Of a stretch of 64,000 bases of DNA, positions 48,481 to 62,800 are shown piece by piece. Origin of the DNA: Octopus sinensis (lineage: Eukaryota); contig NC_042999.1 of assembly GCF_006345805.1 (NCBI RefSeq), positions 136,524,001 through 136,588,000 on the forward strand, read 5' to 3'. Both the position numbers and the translations under genes were made by a program. Below the pieces are notes generated by a model. That model made no database searches. It had not been told where the DNA came from and saw nothing but the letters and a program-made list of their open reading frames with translations. Position 1 is the stretch's first letter. The number at the start of each line of letters is the position of its first letter.

Positions 48481-49059
48481 TTGATGTTGTTGCTGTTTAA
48501 ACCCAGATCAATCTTGTTCAAGCAAACCTATGATCAAAGGCAATTCAGCCTAACCTTCATGTCCTTCTAGAGATTATCTATGACAATAGTATCCAATGTA
48601 TCTTTTGCATTCTTAAGACAGTAGAGTGACTTGAGTTTTCATGTATGGTTGTCACCATCAGATTTCATCCACATGCAGTGTTTGACTGCGTTTTTCTTTG
48701 ACATTTGTCGAATTTTCAATGATCAATAAGCATTCAGGGCATGATTATTCTGTTTTCTTTTCTAGCATATTGTATCCAGAACTAATTTATCCAGCATATT
48801 TAACAATACTAAAGATGGTAGGATGAACTTTGAAGGAGATTTGGCCAGAAATTCTGACAGGCTAAGAAATTGCAAATAAAGTCCTTGGTAGCCAGGTAGT
48901 TTAAGATGTCAAACTCAAGGTACACCTAAAGCAAAATATAAAGAATATTTCAATGTTTTTTCTTGGTATGATATTAACATAAATTCACTGTTTCATCTTT
49001 GCTGCTTAGACATTTACAAATGTAAAAAGACAGGTTTCTGATAGCAATAACTCTACAGA

Positions 49060-50080
49060 ACTGTACTGGTGACTTGTACGGTTTCTGTGGATTTGTTCTT
49101 CTAGATTATTTATCAGTGTTCCCTTACTCTAGAGAATTCCTTGAAAGTAATGTTATTGCTCATGATATCAGCAAAGCATTTGACTATGACCATTACAAAA
49201 AACCCTTTGCATTAGTTGCATGACTCTCAGTTCCATTAATCTCTAATATCTTGGATGAAAAGCTTCCTGTCAAACCATTCCATCAGAGTATGTACCAATA
49301 AAGTTCTCTCTGTCCCACACTTTGTAACTTACAGTGTACCTCCTAGTTCACTTATATCTCCCATACTTTTTACTTTTTTGATAATGTCTATAAACAAACA
49401 CACAACACCCACCCAACCACCCACCCACACACACATGTAAATAATACTGTTTTAATCTAACATTTGCCTACAAGTGTCATCTACAAAAAACACTTACTCA
49501 CATCATACTAGCCTTGCACAGCTTCTATCAAAGACAGCTTGTAAACATCCTTATACAGAAACATGACAGTCTGGTTTCTTTCAAGAGCATCAAATCACAA
49601 TCACTACTCATCATACTTTCCCATCATATGAATGACACACAACCCCAAACCCTAAAAAATCACAACATATGTGAGGTGTCTCAATCTCAGATGATCTTCA
49701 GTTGTGAATACCATGGAAAGTCATCTATTAAATTACTTACTCTGCAACCAAAAAAAACTAGAGTTCCTTTCAGAGCAAGAAAATATTTCAGCTCTGAACA
49801 GATACTGATCCTATAAAAATCGCAAGTATGGTCCATATTACTTCCATATCTGTGAGTAATACTCTAAATTAACTACACCACAGGAACATTCTAGACTACA
49901 TCCAAAATGGTAATTCAGCAGTTTGAAAAGACTAACTCATCAATACACTATGTTATATTTGTTATTTCTTCATGCTGTCACTTCTGCCACTATTATAATG
50001 GGTTTTGTTCCTCTAAATTAGCAGATAGCAGGCTACATACTACCTCCACCTATGCCTCTTCTCTGCCCATTCAAAAAAGT
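49060..50080 (+). mobile_element. Decayed CR1/Jockey-group LINE fragment
   Basis: AHDISKAFD, WMKSFLSNHSIRV…SVPPSSLISPILF, FRARKYFSSEQILIL*K, HYYNGFCSSKLA. Confidence 0.7.
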
Positions 50081-50334
50081 GCAGCCTAATAATGTATAGC
50101 ATCTCAGTTTTTATTTCCAATTTTGCAGCAGTAGTTTTATGATTGCTAATTGTCAGCATTGCTAGCAAGCTACACTTCTAAAATTAGAATAGAGAATATG
50201 TGAGTTGTCATATAACTCCTCTACAGTAAGAAACTGGTTTTACTCGTCCTTTTCTCTCATTCTTTATCCCTCTTTATTCCTTATTTTCTTAATATAAAGT
50301 TGTCTTTCCTCCTCAAAGCTGCATGTCAACCTCA

Positions 50335-50530
50335 TAAGTGCTGGTTGATGTGAAAAAGCACCCAGTACATGCCATAAAGTAGTTGGCTTTAGCAAGGGTA
50401 TCACCTGTAGAAACTATGCGACAACAGACACTGGGGCATAATGCAGCTCTTGAGCTCCATCAGATCCAGTCAAACTATCCAACCTATGCTAGTTTGGAAC
50501 ATGGATATTAAATGAGGATAATGATGAATT
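50335..50530 (+). mobile_element. Old RTE tail
   Basis: aaaaagcacccag…gttggctttagcaagggtatcacctgtagaaac…ggatattaaatgag. Confidence 0.7.
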
Positions 50531-53254
50531 CTTTAAAAAAACATCTAAATTCCTTTAAATGAAATAATTGAAAAGAATTTTTGATGACATAATTCCTTCC
50601 ATTCAATTTTCCGTAACTATCCCAAATTTGCAGGCATTACAAGCAAGTGGAAATAATAAAATAATGATAAAGATGTTGGTGTTACGAATATTACAGAAGG
50701 AGGTGTAATATGAATTATAAGTATCAGAAGCAAAAAAATAGAACAAACTAAAACAGGTATTTTAAGCATCTAAACCAATTATTGATCAAGATGAAATCAA
50801 ACAAAATATGGTTGATTGGGTTCAATCAAAGGTCTAATTTAATATCATAAAATGCCACATTTTACTTTTTTAACCTTTCTCCTTAGCCCCAGTTACGATT
50901 TAGCTGATTGGTTGGTCTAATAATGACTGAATAAAAATTGTTAGTTGCAAAGTGAGAATATATTCATTAACTCACCTATGTTTCATCTTGGTTTTCTGAT
51001 GAGAATTTTATTAGTTCTGGATCACTTGCCACTCAGCTCATTCTGTGTCAACCTTCATTAATGAGTATGTTTTTTTCTAGTTTGAACTTTATTTATTTTT
51101 CTCATTTTTCTTTAACAAGGGTACAAAAATGATGATTCAATCCTATCTTGAGAAACTAATGAATAAGTAACTGATCTACTCAGAACATACATGACCTTAA
51201 AGGACAAGAATATTATTTCGATGAGATTTCTAAACAAACACTTATGTAACCTGACATTGTCTATCTTCTGTAATCTCGTAAAAATTAGTGACTTTTGTGT
51301 CAATTAACTGACATAGCTTCTTGGCCAGAAAATGGAAATAAAGTAAGTTTGATTCAAGGACAATAATAAATAAATGGAACTGAGAATTTATTGGTAGATT
51401 TCTTGTTTTATGTCAGCATTAAATGTCTACAAATTACTAGACACCATATTGATAAACTAGGCAAAGAAACTATTGATGTCACTAATGGAAGTCATAACAT
51501 TTGGTTAGAACATTGGTTCTAGATAGTAAAGGTAAAGACAAGAATCAAAGGTTAGACCTAAGATCAACATTTATGTTTTACTTTTTGTAACTTGACCTCC
51601 AATACTGACTCTCAATCTAAAATGTTAGGGCTAGAAGTTGATTAGTTATTGTAAAAAGTCTTTAGAAAAATATTGATTTACCATTACTGCTAAAGCCAAA
51701 AGACAAAGTTATTCGTCAGCCCTTAATAAATATCCCATAATAGTCTAGCATCTACTGACCAAACATAGAATCATAATCTTTTCTTATTTTATTATTTTTG
51801 TAATTAAATATGAATTAATAATTTCTGCTGAGGAAACAAAAGGCCAATCTATGAATGAAAAGGATTATAGTTGGTTGAACAGATGCAATATGTAACTGGT
51901 ACTTACTATATGAACCCTGAATGAAGTACTACAATACGTTTACATTCATACCCTGCTTCTTCAAACAAGTCCACTGAAGCAGACTAAATGAAATTAAAAC
52001 TAAAAAGTATTATCAAATTATGTGCTTTAAATATGTGTTGGCAGACTGAAACCATAATTGCTATATTGTGAAGCTTGGTGTAGTCTTCTTGATTGCCAAC
52101 TACTATTAAGCCATGCAATCCATACCAGCATGGAAAACGGACATGTGATGATGATGATGATGATCCAGTTTCATATTATGAAACAACAGAATTTTGCCAT
52201 CCCCCAAAATTCTGCTAATTCCAATTTAGCAAAGACCTAAGAAGCTAGTGAATGAAATTATCTAAGTTGCTTTGGACATTTGATTTTAAAAAAAAACTCT
52301 TTCTTGTTTAGGTTAGCTTGAAATAGAAAAAAATAACTGGAGTAATTTGTTCATGTCACTTCAATAAATGATATGTGAAAAACTAACTGGATAAGCATCA
52401 CAGATGTTTTCTCTATAAGATTCCATTATTGTTATAATGTAATTCAGCTAGAGATTGTGCAGATTTGTGGTTAACATGCTACCATACATTCTCTGTCTTT
52501 TTTTTTTTCCTTTTGCTCTCATACATACATATGGCTGCTTGTGACAACATCAGACAGATTATCTTACCAGAACAGAGCAAGCATTGTTAAAAAAACATGA
52601 ATAAAGAGACAGCTAAATAGAAAAAAAAAACAGATCTGAAAATAAAGATTGGTCTGTTTCATTGAATCAATTTTCTTATATAACTTTCCTATTTAACAAT
52701 GAAATAAGGAAAGATGTCTTATGTAAAGTATTGTAATAGACTGTATTTTAATGGCAGATACTGCTTCCGTAGGGATATGGCATAAAAATATGGTATACAG
52801 CGATGACATAACTGCATCTATTGTTGGCATATACTACTGAAACAGTGGTATTAATGACTGAACCACAAGATATATCTATCAGTAAAATAAAGTCTGATGG
52901 AGCCTGCCTTTATGTGATTGCTCAACTTGTACAAGAACAGAAAAATGGAAAGAAAATGGAAAAAGCATCCAAATTTCCCCTGAAACACATTTTAACTTCT
53001 TAAAGAAGACTTGCTGGACTTCAGAAAATTCCATGGGAAATATGATTTATTCATGATAACTATAAAATCACTATAACAAATAGTAAAAAGAAAAAGAAAT
53101 ACAAAGGAGAGAACAATGCTATCACTGCTTCTACCATTATCATGACTACCTACAACAAACAAACAACTGCTACCACCATTAGTAGCCAACACCATTACTC
53201 TAACAACAAAGGGACAAATGATACCATGAAAACCACTACCAGCAATAATAATAA

Positions 53255-53585
53255 TCCTTTCTTCTATAGGCACAAGGCCTGAATTTTGGTAGTAGGGAGC
53301 TAGTCAATTACACTGACTCCAGTACTTGACTAGAACTTATTTTTATAGACCCTGAAAAAAGGAAAAGCAAAGTCAACTTCAGTGGCCGTTGAACTCAGAC
53401 CGTAAAGACAGATAAAATGCCACTAAGCATTTTGCCCGGTGTGCTAACAATTCTGCTAGCTCACCTCCTTATCAGTAATAATAATGATGATGATGGTTTC
53501 AAATTTTGGCACCAGGTCAGCAGTTTCAGGAAATCAATCCCAGTGTTCAAGTGGTATTTATTTTATTGATCCTGAAAGGATGAAA
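53255..53585 (-). mobile_element. SINE family B, one full and one partial copy in tandem
   Basis: Same motifs as 57140-57350 and 62152-62350. Confidence 0.75.
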
Positions 53586-53596
53586 GTATGCCTTGA

Positions 53597-54139
53597 TGCA
53601 ATACCAGACAGTGGCTCTCATGGCTTCTAATCTTAACTGATTGGAAGTGCTATCATGTTCATGTTTTATCTAGGTATAAAAGATGGGCTACAGCAAATAT
53701 TCTGCTCAATACCACAGATTTGTTTGTCAGTTGCTTAAACAATTGAGCATGTCCCTTTGTGGTTGACGATTTGTGCATCTCTGATTGTGAGCAGAAGTAG
53801 TGGGAGAACATCATAGCCATGTGTTGAGAGGAATTCTTTTGAGTTTGAATAATTCAACTCTGGAAATATAGGTGTTTTATTCACCATCCTTAAACAACAC
53901 TTATTCAGGGACCTTTAGAGCAGGATGGGCTACTTAACCTGAAGAAAATCCTAACAGAGCCCCACCTGCAAGGTCATGCACTGTTTATCTCGATATGAGA
54001 TCACCATGACACAAACATATAGTTGTGATGCATGTGCTTGGTGTACCCTTATCAGACGGGTAGTCATGATGGGTATATTAGGCTTTGTATATTTGTACCC
54101 CATTGTCACTATAGTGGCATGCACTGCTCTCTTACTCAA
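53597..54139. mobile_element. Probable interspersed repeat of unknown class
   Basis: GC-richer block that truncates a SINE on the left and abuts a LINE fragment on the right. Only one copy in the window; resemblance to an octopus repeat is from memory only. Confidence 0.35.
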
Positions 54140-54622
54140 GGAGAAGGAAGAGGATATAAAATGTTGTGGGACATAACCATCAAGTGTAACCATTTTATTG
54201 TGACTAGAAAACCTAACATTGTGCTCATAGAAAAGAAGAAGAATAAAGTAATTATTGTGGATATTGCTTCACCATAGGACCACAGGGTGAATGAGGAGAA
54301 TGAGAAAATGGAGAAATATCAGGAGGTGAAGTGGGAAATCAGGAAAGTTTGTAGAATCAGGCACTTAGAAGTGGTACCGATTGTGGTTGGTGCACTGGGA
54401 GCTGTTAGGAAAAGGTTGGATGCATAGCTTGAGAAGCTAGGAATTACCATCAGAATGGGGCTGTTGCAGAAAACAGCCTTGTTAGGATTCTTAGGAGGGT
54501 GTTAGAAAGTTGAAGGGCAAGGAATGACCCAAAGGATCTTTGGCTATTGGATATGGATTGCTCTTTTGGTATAGTCTTGGTATAACATTTGCCAGAGCAA
54601 AAGTGCCACTGAAAATAATAAT
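54140..54622 (+). mobile_element. R4/Dong-type non-LTR element 3' end (restriction-like endonuclease domain)
   Basis: KMLWDITI…RKPNIVLIEK…IVDIASP*D…EKMEKYQEVK…VVPIVVGALG…LLQKTALLG; ends in a short (TAA)n. Confidence 0.85.
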
Positions 54623-55159
54623 GTTACAAAATGTAACAACCACTTTTTTCATGTTGAAATTTATGAAGAGAATGTCCAAGTTTAGTCTTGGTATATGTTT
54701 TTTCATAGATGATTTTTAAAAATATAAATTTTAGTTCAATGTAAAAAAATATTCAATTTTTCATCTTTGTTTCTTTAGTACTACTACAACCATCACCATC
54801 ACCATGATGGAAAACATGAATTATTCATGTTCATTCTGCAATCATTACAAAATCTAGAAATATATGTATAGTTCACATTTTTTTATTTGAGTATCAATTA
54901 ATTTTTTCAGTTATTTAACAGTGTACAACAAAAACAAAATTAATCTTTAAGAATTCATTTTAAGTTATTTTTTAAACTTTAACCAGTTTCTATTCCGTAA
55001 TAAAAATATGAATATGCCAGAGGTGAAGAAAATTCTTATACTTAAGTGTTGTTGTAATCAGACTTATTAAACTCAAAATCTGTGATGTAATATACATATT
55101 TAAGTGTTTATTTCAAATAAAACTCAACAAAAATGAGACATCTTGATGAATCATTATCA

Positions 55160-55500
55160 TATCATCATCATTTAGTGTGCATTTTCCATGCTGGCATGAG
55201 TTAGAAGGTTTGACTGGAACTGGTAAGCCAGAAAACTGCATCAAGTTCCAGTCTATTTTGGTTTGGTTTTTATGACTGGATGCCCTTCCTAATGCCAACC
55301 ACTTCACAGAGTGTCACCAGCACAGATGCTTTTAATGTGTCACTGGCACAGGTGCCTTTTGCAAGTCACTGGCACATGTACCTTTTACATGTCACTGGCA
55401 CAGGTGCCTCATACATGCCACTGGCACTGGCCATAACTATGATTTCACTTAATGTGACATGTCCTCTCAAGCACCGCAAATCACCAAAAGTCTCTGTCGC
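55160..55500 (-). mobile_element. RTE 3' UTR/tail with ~30-bp hairpin repeats
   Basis: ggatgcccttcctaatgccaacc plus repeated gtcactggcac. Confidence 0.75.
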
Positions 55501-55532
55501 TTGTCACTGCCTCATGGAGAAAATTAAAAAAA

Positions 55533-55716
55533 GGTGCAGGAGTGGCTGTGTGGTAAGTAGCTTGCTTACCTACCACATGGTTCCAGGTTCATTCTCACTG
55601 CGTGGCACCTTGGGCAAATATCTTCTACTATAGCCTCGGACCGACTAAAGCCTTGTGAGTAGATTTGGTAGACGGAAACTGAAGGAAGTCCATTGTATAT
55701 ATGTGTATGTATATAT

Positions 55717-55760
<44 letters not shown>

Positions 55761-56034
55761 CCACAATTACAGCCAACGAATCTAGTCAATGCACAAGACA
55801 GCCATTATGCTTCCCCCACAAAACACCACCACGTGGACTCTGTTGAGACTAGTAAGAAACAATTATGAACTTTTTTATTACACTTAACTTTTAAAAATAT
55901 TTTTGATAAGGTTAGTTTTTTCAAGAACCGAAACATGTAAAATTTCTAAGAAAATTAAATTTTATCTTATACAGTGGCGTTTTCAAACTTCTTTTTTATA
56001 AATATATGCCCACTCATATACCACCTACACTTAT

Positions 56035-56090
<56 letters not shown>

Positions 56091-56320
56091 TGTATGTATG
56101 TGTGTGTATATGTTTGTTTGTCTGTGTTTGTCCCCCCAACATCGTTTGGCAACTGATGGTGGTGTGTTTACATCCCTGTAACTTAGCAGTTCAGCAAAAG
56201 CGACCAATAGAATAAGTACTAGGCTTACAAAGAATAAGTTTTGGGGTCGATATGCTCGACTGAAGGCAGTGCTCCAGCATGGCCACAGCCAAATGACTGA
56301 AACAAGTAAAGAGAGTGAGA
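55533..56320 (+). mobile_element. SINE family A with an ~280-bp insert in its internal (TA)n
   Basis: Head at 55533-55695, tail at 56105-56320; the unrelated 55760-56035 segment is flanked by (TA)n. Confidence 0.75.
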
Positions 56321-56694
56321 GTATGCTAGTAGTCATGGCATGGCAGTGAAAGCAACACTGCCATCACCAGTAATCAAGACAACCATTATAACAACAAATA
56401 AGCATCACCACTTCTCTTTCTCTCCCTCTTTCTCTTTCCCCTCACTCCATTTACCATCATCATCACTGTCACAGGAGCTTATGCCACTGCCACAACTATT
56501 TTCAGCTTCTTACTCTGAGTTACTTCCCCTACTGCAATGGATCCCTTATGTTAAAACTACAGTATTTATGACAGGATGGTCATGGCTGGAAGACCTTGGG
56601 TAATAAGTCTGCATAGTTAGGGTTCTCTTGCAGTTAAACAATAATAATAACAGAACCTAGTAAAACAAGATATAATAAAAATGGGTGTCTAGAA

Positions 56695-57065
56695 GCGGGT
56701 GTGGCTGTGTGGTAAGAGGTTGGCTTCCAAACTACATGGTTCTGGGTTCAGTCCCCACTGTGTGACGCCTTGGGCAGATGTCTTCTATTATAGCCCCAGG
56801 CTAATCAAAGCCTTGTGATTGGATTTATTAGGCAGAAATAGAAAGAAACGTGTGTGTGTGTGTGTGTGTGTGTGTCCGTCCTATCACCACTTGAAATCAA
56901 TGTTGGCCTTTTTAATATTCCTGTAATTTAACAGTTCAGCAAAGTTCCAGAATAAGTCCCAGGATTTAAAAATAAGTACTAGGATCAATATGTTTTACTA
57001 AACCTTTCAAGGTGGTGCCCTTGCATGGCTTCAGTCCAATGACTGAAGCAAACAAAAGATAACAA
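56695..57065 (+). mobile_element. SINE family A
   Basis: Head, (TG)n tract and tail present. Confidence 0.85.
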
Positions 57066-57139
57066 TAAAGTATAAACAACTTTTAACCATTAGCATAAAT
57101 AAAACGAGACATATATTCTATAAATATTCCAGTCATTAA

Positions 57140-57350
57140 TGGTTTCAAATTTTGTCACAAGGCCAGCAAGTTTAGGGGAGGGTGATAGTCAATTATATTG
57201 AAACCAGTATTCAACTGATTCTTATTTTTATCAACCCTGAAAGATGAAAGGCAAAGTTGACCTGAGCAGAATTTGAACTCAGAATGTTAAGACAAACGAA
57301 ATGCTGCTAAGCATTTTGCCAGGCATGCTTATGGTTCTGCCAGCTTCCAG
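57140..57350 (-). mobile_element. SINE family B
   Basis: gatgaaaggcaaagttgacctgagcagaatttgaactcagaatg. Confidence 0.8.
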
Positions 57351-57829
57351 CTTTATTCCAGTCAATAATGACAATGTACCATTAGTTATTGTAAAGAACA
57401 TAAGAGATTCTAGAGCTGAAAAATCTAACCAAATTTACTCACCACCTGTTCACACATGCCTCAGTTGCCTTCTAATGTAAAACACAGATAAAGTACCCAA
57501 ATCCAAACCAGATGCTTGACCTCACTCTACCTGGTGACCTTTCAGAATAGTACGTATCTATAACAATAAACAAGATTGCATTTCAAAGATGGGAGTTTCT
57601 CATCTACAAAGCCTTATGCTATTGTCAATAAATTAATATTATAAGGTTCTTTCCAGGGATTATACAGTTGAGATAGTAGATCTATGTTGAATCATTGACT
57701 ATAAACACATTGATTCTTTTCACATGCAAGACAATGCAAAATAAAATATTGATTTTGTATATGATATGAACAATATATTTATCCCAAATATACAGTTGTC
57801 ATATCAAAAAGTGATATCTAACATTCATT

Positions 57830-59075
57830 TCAGTGTGGTGATTTATGGAGTACAGCTGCAATGCAGTTGTACCAACAAAAGACAATACTTAAAGCAAGTC
57901 TTTCAACTTCCTTAACTGAAAAATGTTCACCAAACACTGCAATACCTACAAGACAACTATTAGGAAAGTAAAGAATACTTTTGTAAACTGCATGACCAGT
58001 AAGCCCTTTCATCTCCCAAGTTACAGCTGAATCTTCATGTCTTTACTATAGGAATCCTCCTATCTCGCCACAATGATTTCATCTGTTTCTATCTCTTGGA
58101 TTAGAAAATTTCAGTCATACTTTTCAATTGCGGTGTATACTAATAGAGCTATCTTCAGTCTCCACTCTATCAACTTTAGTTTGGTTTATATTTCCTTGCT
58201 CTTGCTTCTGTGCATTAATGACCTGTATGCTGGTGCATATAACCATTCACACCCCAACACAAATTATTCTACCCTTTCTCATCCTTAACCTTCCAAAGAC
58301 AGGCATCATCCTCACTAAACTTGTAGTGCTGTCATGCACAGATGCCTTGAAAACAGCCACCAATAGAGATATGACAACCTAATATCCTTTAACAGTTGCA
58401 ACATTCATTGAACAAATAGCCTTGCACTACATTCTTCCTATTTATGAAAAACAATAAAATTCTCAAAATCAATTGAAATGCTTGGCACATCATTCCCAAT
58501 ATAGCGCTCATAATGACCTTGCCAAAACTATATCTCAAAACTATAAAATATGAAACACTTTAGAGTTGATCCTTTGCAAAGTTTAAATGTAACTAACATT
58601 AGAGTAGTGAATGCTTTTATACATAGAATAGTGCAGCTGCTAAATGTATAATCATCCAATACTGCATCCAAAAAGAAACCATGCAGTTGACTGGAAAAAA
58701 TTTACAGATCAACATACTACAACCATTGACTTGCAGATAAGATGTTTCTTCCTTATATCTCTTCTAATGCTACTATAACACCTTCTGCTCCACTGAATTA
58801 GCAAGCTGCCTACAACTTTTGTTCCAGTCCCCTTGATGCACCTGTCTGTAATGTTTCCTACAAGCATCATCCATCTTCAGAAGTACAAACTGAACAGCCA
58901 ACAACCCAATATCTTGAGACTTCAAGAGCCTACAAAGGTCATAAAGACACCACCTCTTCCAACCAGTTAATAAAAAAATCACAATGTTACCATATGAACT
59001 TTTAAACATGTTTCCTTAAAACGATACTTGATAATGAATGTTTCCAAATCTTGCAGATTAACATTTGATCTGCTA
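57830..59075 (+). mobile_element. Decayed, internally deleted CR1/Jockey-group LINE (similar to 49060-50080)
   Basis: NTYKTTIRKVKNTF; WIRKFQSYFSIAV…LLLCINDL; PLTCR*DVSSLYLF*CYYNTFCSTELASC (cf. PLxHRRxVASLxxFYRYxxxxCSSELA). Confidence 0.65.
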
Positions 59076-60829
59076 ACATATGTTATCCAAAGTAGCTCTC
59101 TTTTAAGGCTCTTCCAAGTGAAATTACACCAAAGGTATTGTAGGATGTTTGTTAATCTATGGTGGTAACATGTTCTTACTGCCACCTGCTGAGTATTTCT
59201 ATGCATGTACCATCAGTACACCTGTTCAATATAGTTGTTACATTCTTCCTACTCATGTATTACACACAGAGAAAGTATTTAAAGTTACTCAGTATGCTTA
59301 ACCTCATAAAATCTAATGACATCCAGTGCTGGTCATGCATCTACATTATAATTAAGACTGCATTTCAAAGACCAGGATTTTACTTCTGGATTATTAGTTG
59401 CTAACCATTTTTGGAGCTTAAGTGTTAGTATACTGCCCTCAGCTCACACAAAATGAGGTAGACTGAACCAAGAAGACTGCTATGTCTAGTCCAGGGCAGG
59501 ATACACTGTTTGAACTCATTACTGTAAGATAATGCATCATCCGAGCTTCATATACATTATGCCTCTATCACATGTTAAGATAAAACAAAGCTTGAACAAA
59601 CTTTTACACAAATATTCTTTAACTTACTTACATTCCAACTAGTCTCCATCTAATGGAACAAGAATATTCCTTATTTATCTTCATTAAACTTAAAACTAAA
59701 CAGTTTTAGCATGACTAATATTTCTAGAATACAACATGTTAATCTATTCCAAGAACATAATGATCTTTTGACCAATAACCAAAAAAAAAATAATGCATTC
59801 TTCATAATATTTGAGGACAATTCTAATGAGTCATTAGTGTGTAAGTTTGGGACAGATCTTATCATAAGCCAAACTAAAAATGACAACCTACCTCTGACTT
59901 CCAAAATCAACTTTACCTTGCACTAAATGGTAGAGGTCAATTTAACCAAACATGAGTGTATCACAGCAGTTATCAAAAGTGTTTAGAAAGCTGAAATATT
60001 TAAAATTTAAGAAAAAAAAATTAATACTACTATAGACTTCATTCTGAAAGAACTTCCGGTATTTAATGAAAATCAATAAATAAGAGATAATTTCAAACTA
60101 TAGACTGAAAACATCAGAAAATGGACTGAATGTACAGAACTAGATGAGAAAGAGAGTGTATGACAATAACTTGTATCAAAATTAAAAGACAAGATTTATG
60201 TTATGCTGATATTTAAATTAGTGTGGCAATGGTGGTGATGGTGTAGAAGAAATGGTAAAACACTAGTCAAAATTATATTTAATTTTATCAGTCTACATTC
60301 TGAATTCAAATCCTGCAAGGTCAATTTTGTATTTCATTTCTTCTGGAGAAATAAAATGAGTAAATGTCATTAAGATTTTAATGTTCTGGACAACTAATCA
60401 CTTTAGAATATATTATTTATAATATTTATATTATTTTAAATGGTTCAATCTCTAATCATCATCATGAATTATTCTTTAATATGTGCATAAGCCTAGTTTG
60501 AATCTCATCTAAAACTAATCAAATTAATTAAAATGTAGTGGAGATAAAAATTCTAATAAAACTAATCAGAGATCAAATTAATCAAGATTTAGTATAGGTA
60601 AACATTCTAAAAATGAAATTAATAATTTAGAAAATTATAATCTTAATTGTTGGTTTGTTGATAATCTTACGAGTTCAAGAAAGACAATTCTGCAATTCCT
60701 CATTGAACAACTTGCACACGTGATTTGTTTATAGTGATCAAAGGTTTGTACTGAACATTAGCTTACTCCTGCCATGAAATTGATATTGCCTGTACAGATG
60801 CAAGGTTTGCCACAAGTCAGATGTTGAAG

Positions 60830-60945
60830 TGACTGCAGAGCAATATGAAATGAAGTGCTTTGTTCAAGAAAGCAATGCACTGCCTGGTATAGAATCAGAA
60901 CCAGTCTCGCAAATTTTTGTGAGTGCAGCAATCCAACCACTAGGT
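60830..60945 (-). mobile_element. SINE family C head
   Basis: Minus strand accaggcagtgcattgctttcttgaacaaagcacttcatttcatattgctc matches 21692-21740. Confidence 0.7.
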
Positions 60946-62151
60946 TAATAAACACCCTTAATAATCTTAACAACTCAATTAAAACATCTAATCAAGCAGT
61001 AATCATATAGTGGGATTGATTCTACTGCAAGTAATTATGACAATTGAAATTTTTTAGGTTATTGACTCTGATACTTTCCAGGAGTCCAATATTTGCATGC
61101 ATTCATATCATTAAGATGGTTTTTTACTTATAACCTTAGAACACCTAAAAAACAATTAGAATGATTAAATAACTGAACTCAATAAAACAAAATAGCAGAC
61201 ACACAAACGATGTAGTGGATAGAGTAAAGAATTTATGTCATTCCAGAAATATAGAAAAATATAGCGCTCTGCTCTAAGTGTATGATATTGTACCAATTAA
61301 GAAATTGTTATAAACACAAAGCAGAAACAAAAGAAAACAAAGAAAAATATGAAAATTTCTTTAGAATATTTTGATATCTGAGTCCCATCTTGTATTTAAT
61401 GTGACATTATATAAAATATAATTTAGAGCTTATACCGGGGGGAACCATTTAGTGATATACTAAATTTTTTTATGAGTGGGATCCCATCACATTTACATTT
61501 CAATGAAATACCCAATTACTTTGTTAACGCACACACTCTCTCTCTCTCTCCCTCTCTCTATCTCCCTCACTATCAATAGCTGTCAGTCAATAATCAATAT
61601 ATTCCTGTACAGCTGATTCATCTATCGAGTCCTTGGTATTTTTACATAATAACCCAGAGGTTGGCAAACATTTTTGGAGGTAGGCCAGATAAGAAATTTT
61701 TTTTTATGTCTTATGGGTGAAAGTGAATAAAACAAAATGAAATCATGATCAATACAAGACTACAGTTTTTATTTTTGAGTTTTCTTTAAATGTCATCTTT
61801 TGGAATGAAGGAATCTCAACATTTAACAACATAAGAATTGGCGTGTACCATGTATATCACAAGCAGTGAAGAGTTAAAGTATGAATGGAAGAAATTGTGA
61901 CTTAGAGGTAAATAATGGTGCCAGCCAGTCTACCTGTTTTCTTTAAACACATGTAAATATTTTTGAGTCACTCCTGCTTTTCATGAAAACTATATTGAAA
62001 CAGCATATGAGACATTCTTAGTCTCTGTTGCTCTATTCAGTTAGGAAGGTGTAAACATTTGCTGCTTAAAATACTGTATCTGGAGAAACTCTAATTTTTT
62101 TACCAAGTGTAGGATTCTCACTCTTTTTCCATTAGCATTAAACATTGTTAC

Positions 62152-62350
62152 AAGGCAGTGAGCTGGCAGAATCATTAGCATACCAGGCAAAATGCTTAGT
62201 GACATTTTGTTCATCACATTCTGAGTTCAAATTCATCTGAGGTCAACATTGCCTTTTATCCTTTTGGAGTCAATAAAATAAGTACAAGTTGAGTACTGGG
62301 GTTGATGTAATTGACCTACCCCCACCTCTTGTGCCAAAATTTGAAATCAA
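62152..62350 (+). mobile_element. SINE family B
   Basis: aaggcagtgagctggcagaatc…ctgagttcaaatt…gccttttatcc…aaataagtac…cttgtgccaaaatttgaaa. Confidence 0.8.
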
Positions 62351-62519
62351 TATTAAACATTGTTTCATTTGAAGCCACTGAAAATAGAATGATACTGTTT
62401 GTTAACAATAGATAAATAAAACAAAACATTTGTAACATCATAAATTAAATAAAGTCAGCAGCCTGGATGAAATGAGGTAGCAGGTGAGAGTTGTATATAT
62501 GTATACATATATACATGAT

Positions 62520-62700
62520 TGACCGCTAAATCCAAAAGTTTTTTATTCTCTCTCTGTATATTTCCTCATGTTCCTTTCTGTTGAAGAGCATAGGCTCAAA
62601 GCATAAAAGACTTTCTCACCTTCCCATGTATCAAACTAATACACCTGTTCGTTGTTTGTACACCTGTCTTCATATTTTGTTTTTCTGTAAATTTCAACTA
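62520..62700 (+). mobile_element. Penelope-like terminal fragment with decayed hammerhead-like motif (62574-62609)
   Basis: cttt-ctgttga-a-gagc atag gctc-aaagc-ata-aaag; layout parallels the minus strand of 7893-8092; followed by (TA)n. Confidence 0.45.
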
Positions 62701-62757
62701 TATATATATGTAAAAGAATTTCAATACCATATCAAAAAGTAAAACTACATTTTTCCA

Positions 62758-62800
62758 CTAGAATGGAAAGCGGACGTTAAACGATGATGATGATGATGAT
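62758..62800 (+). mobile_element. Very short RTE tail
   Basis: ggaaagcggacgttaaac(gat)n. Confidence 0.75.

Noticed and set aside
52752-52839. Short ORF containing YSDD
   Set aside because: Only 29 aa, with no other RT motifs or splice support.
60671-61144. Candidate minus-strand exon with good-looking splice sites
   Set aside because: Stops occur in all three frames and the interior is a family-C SINE.
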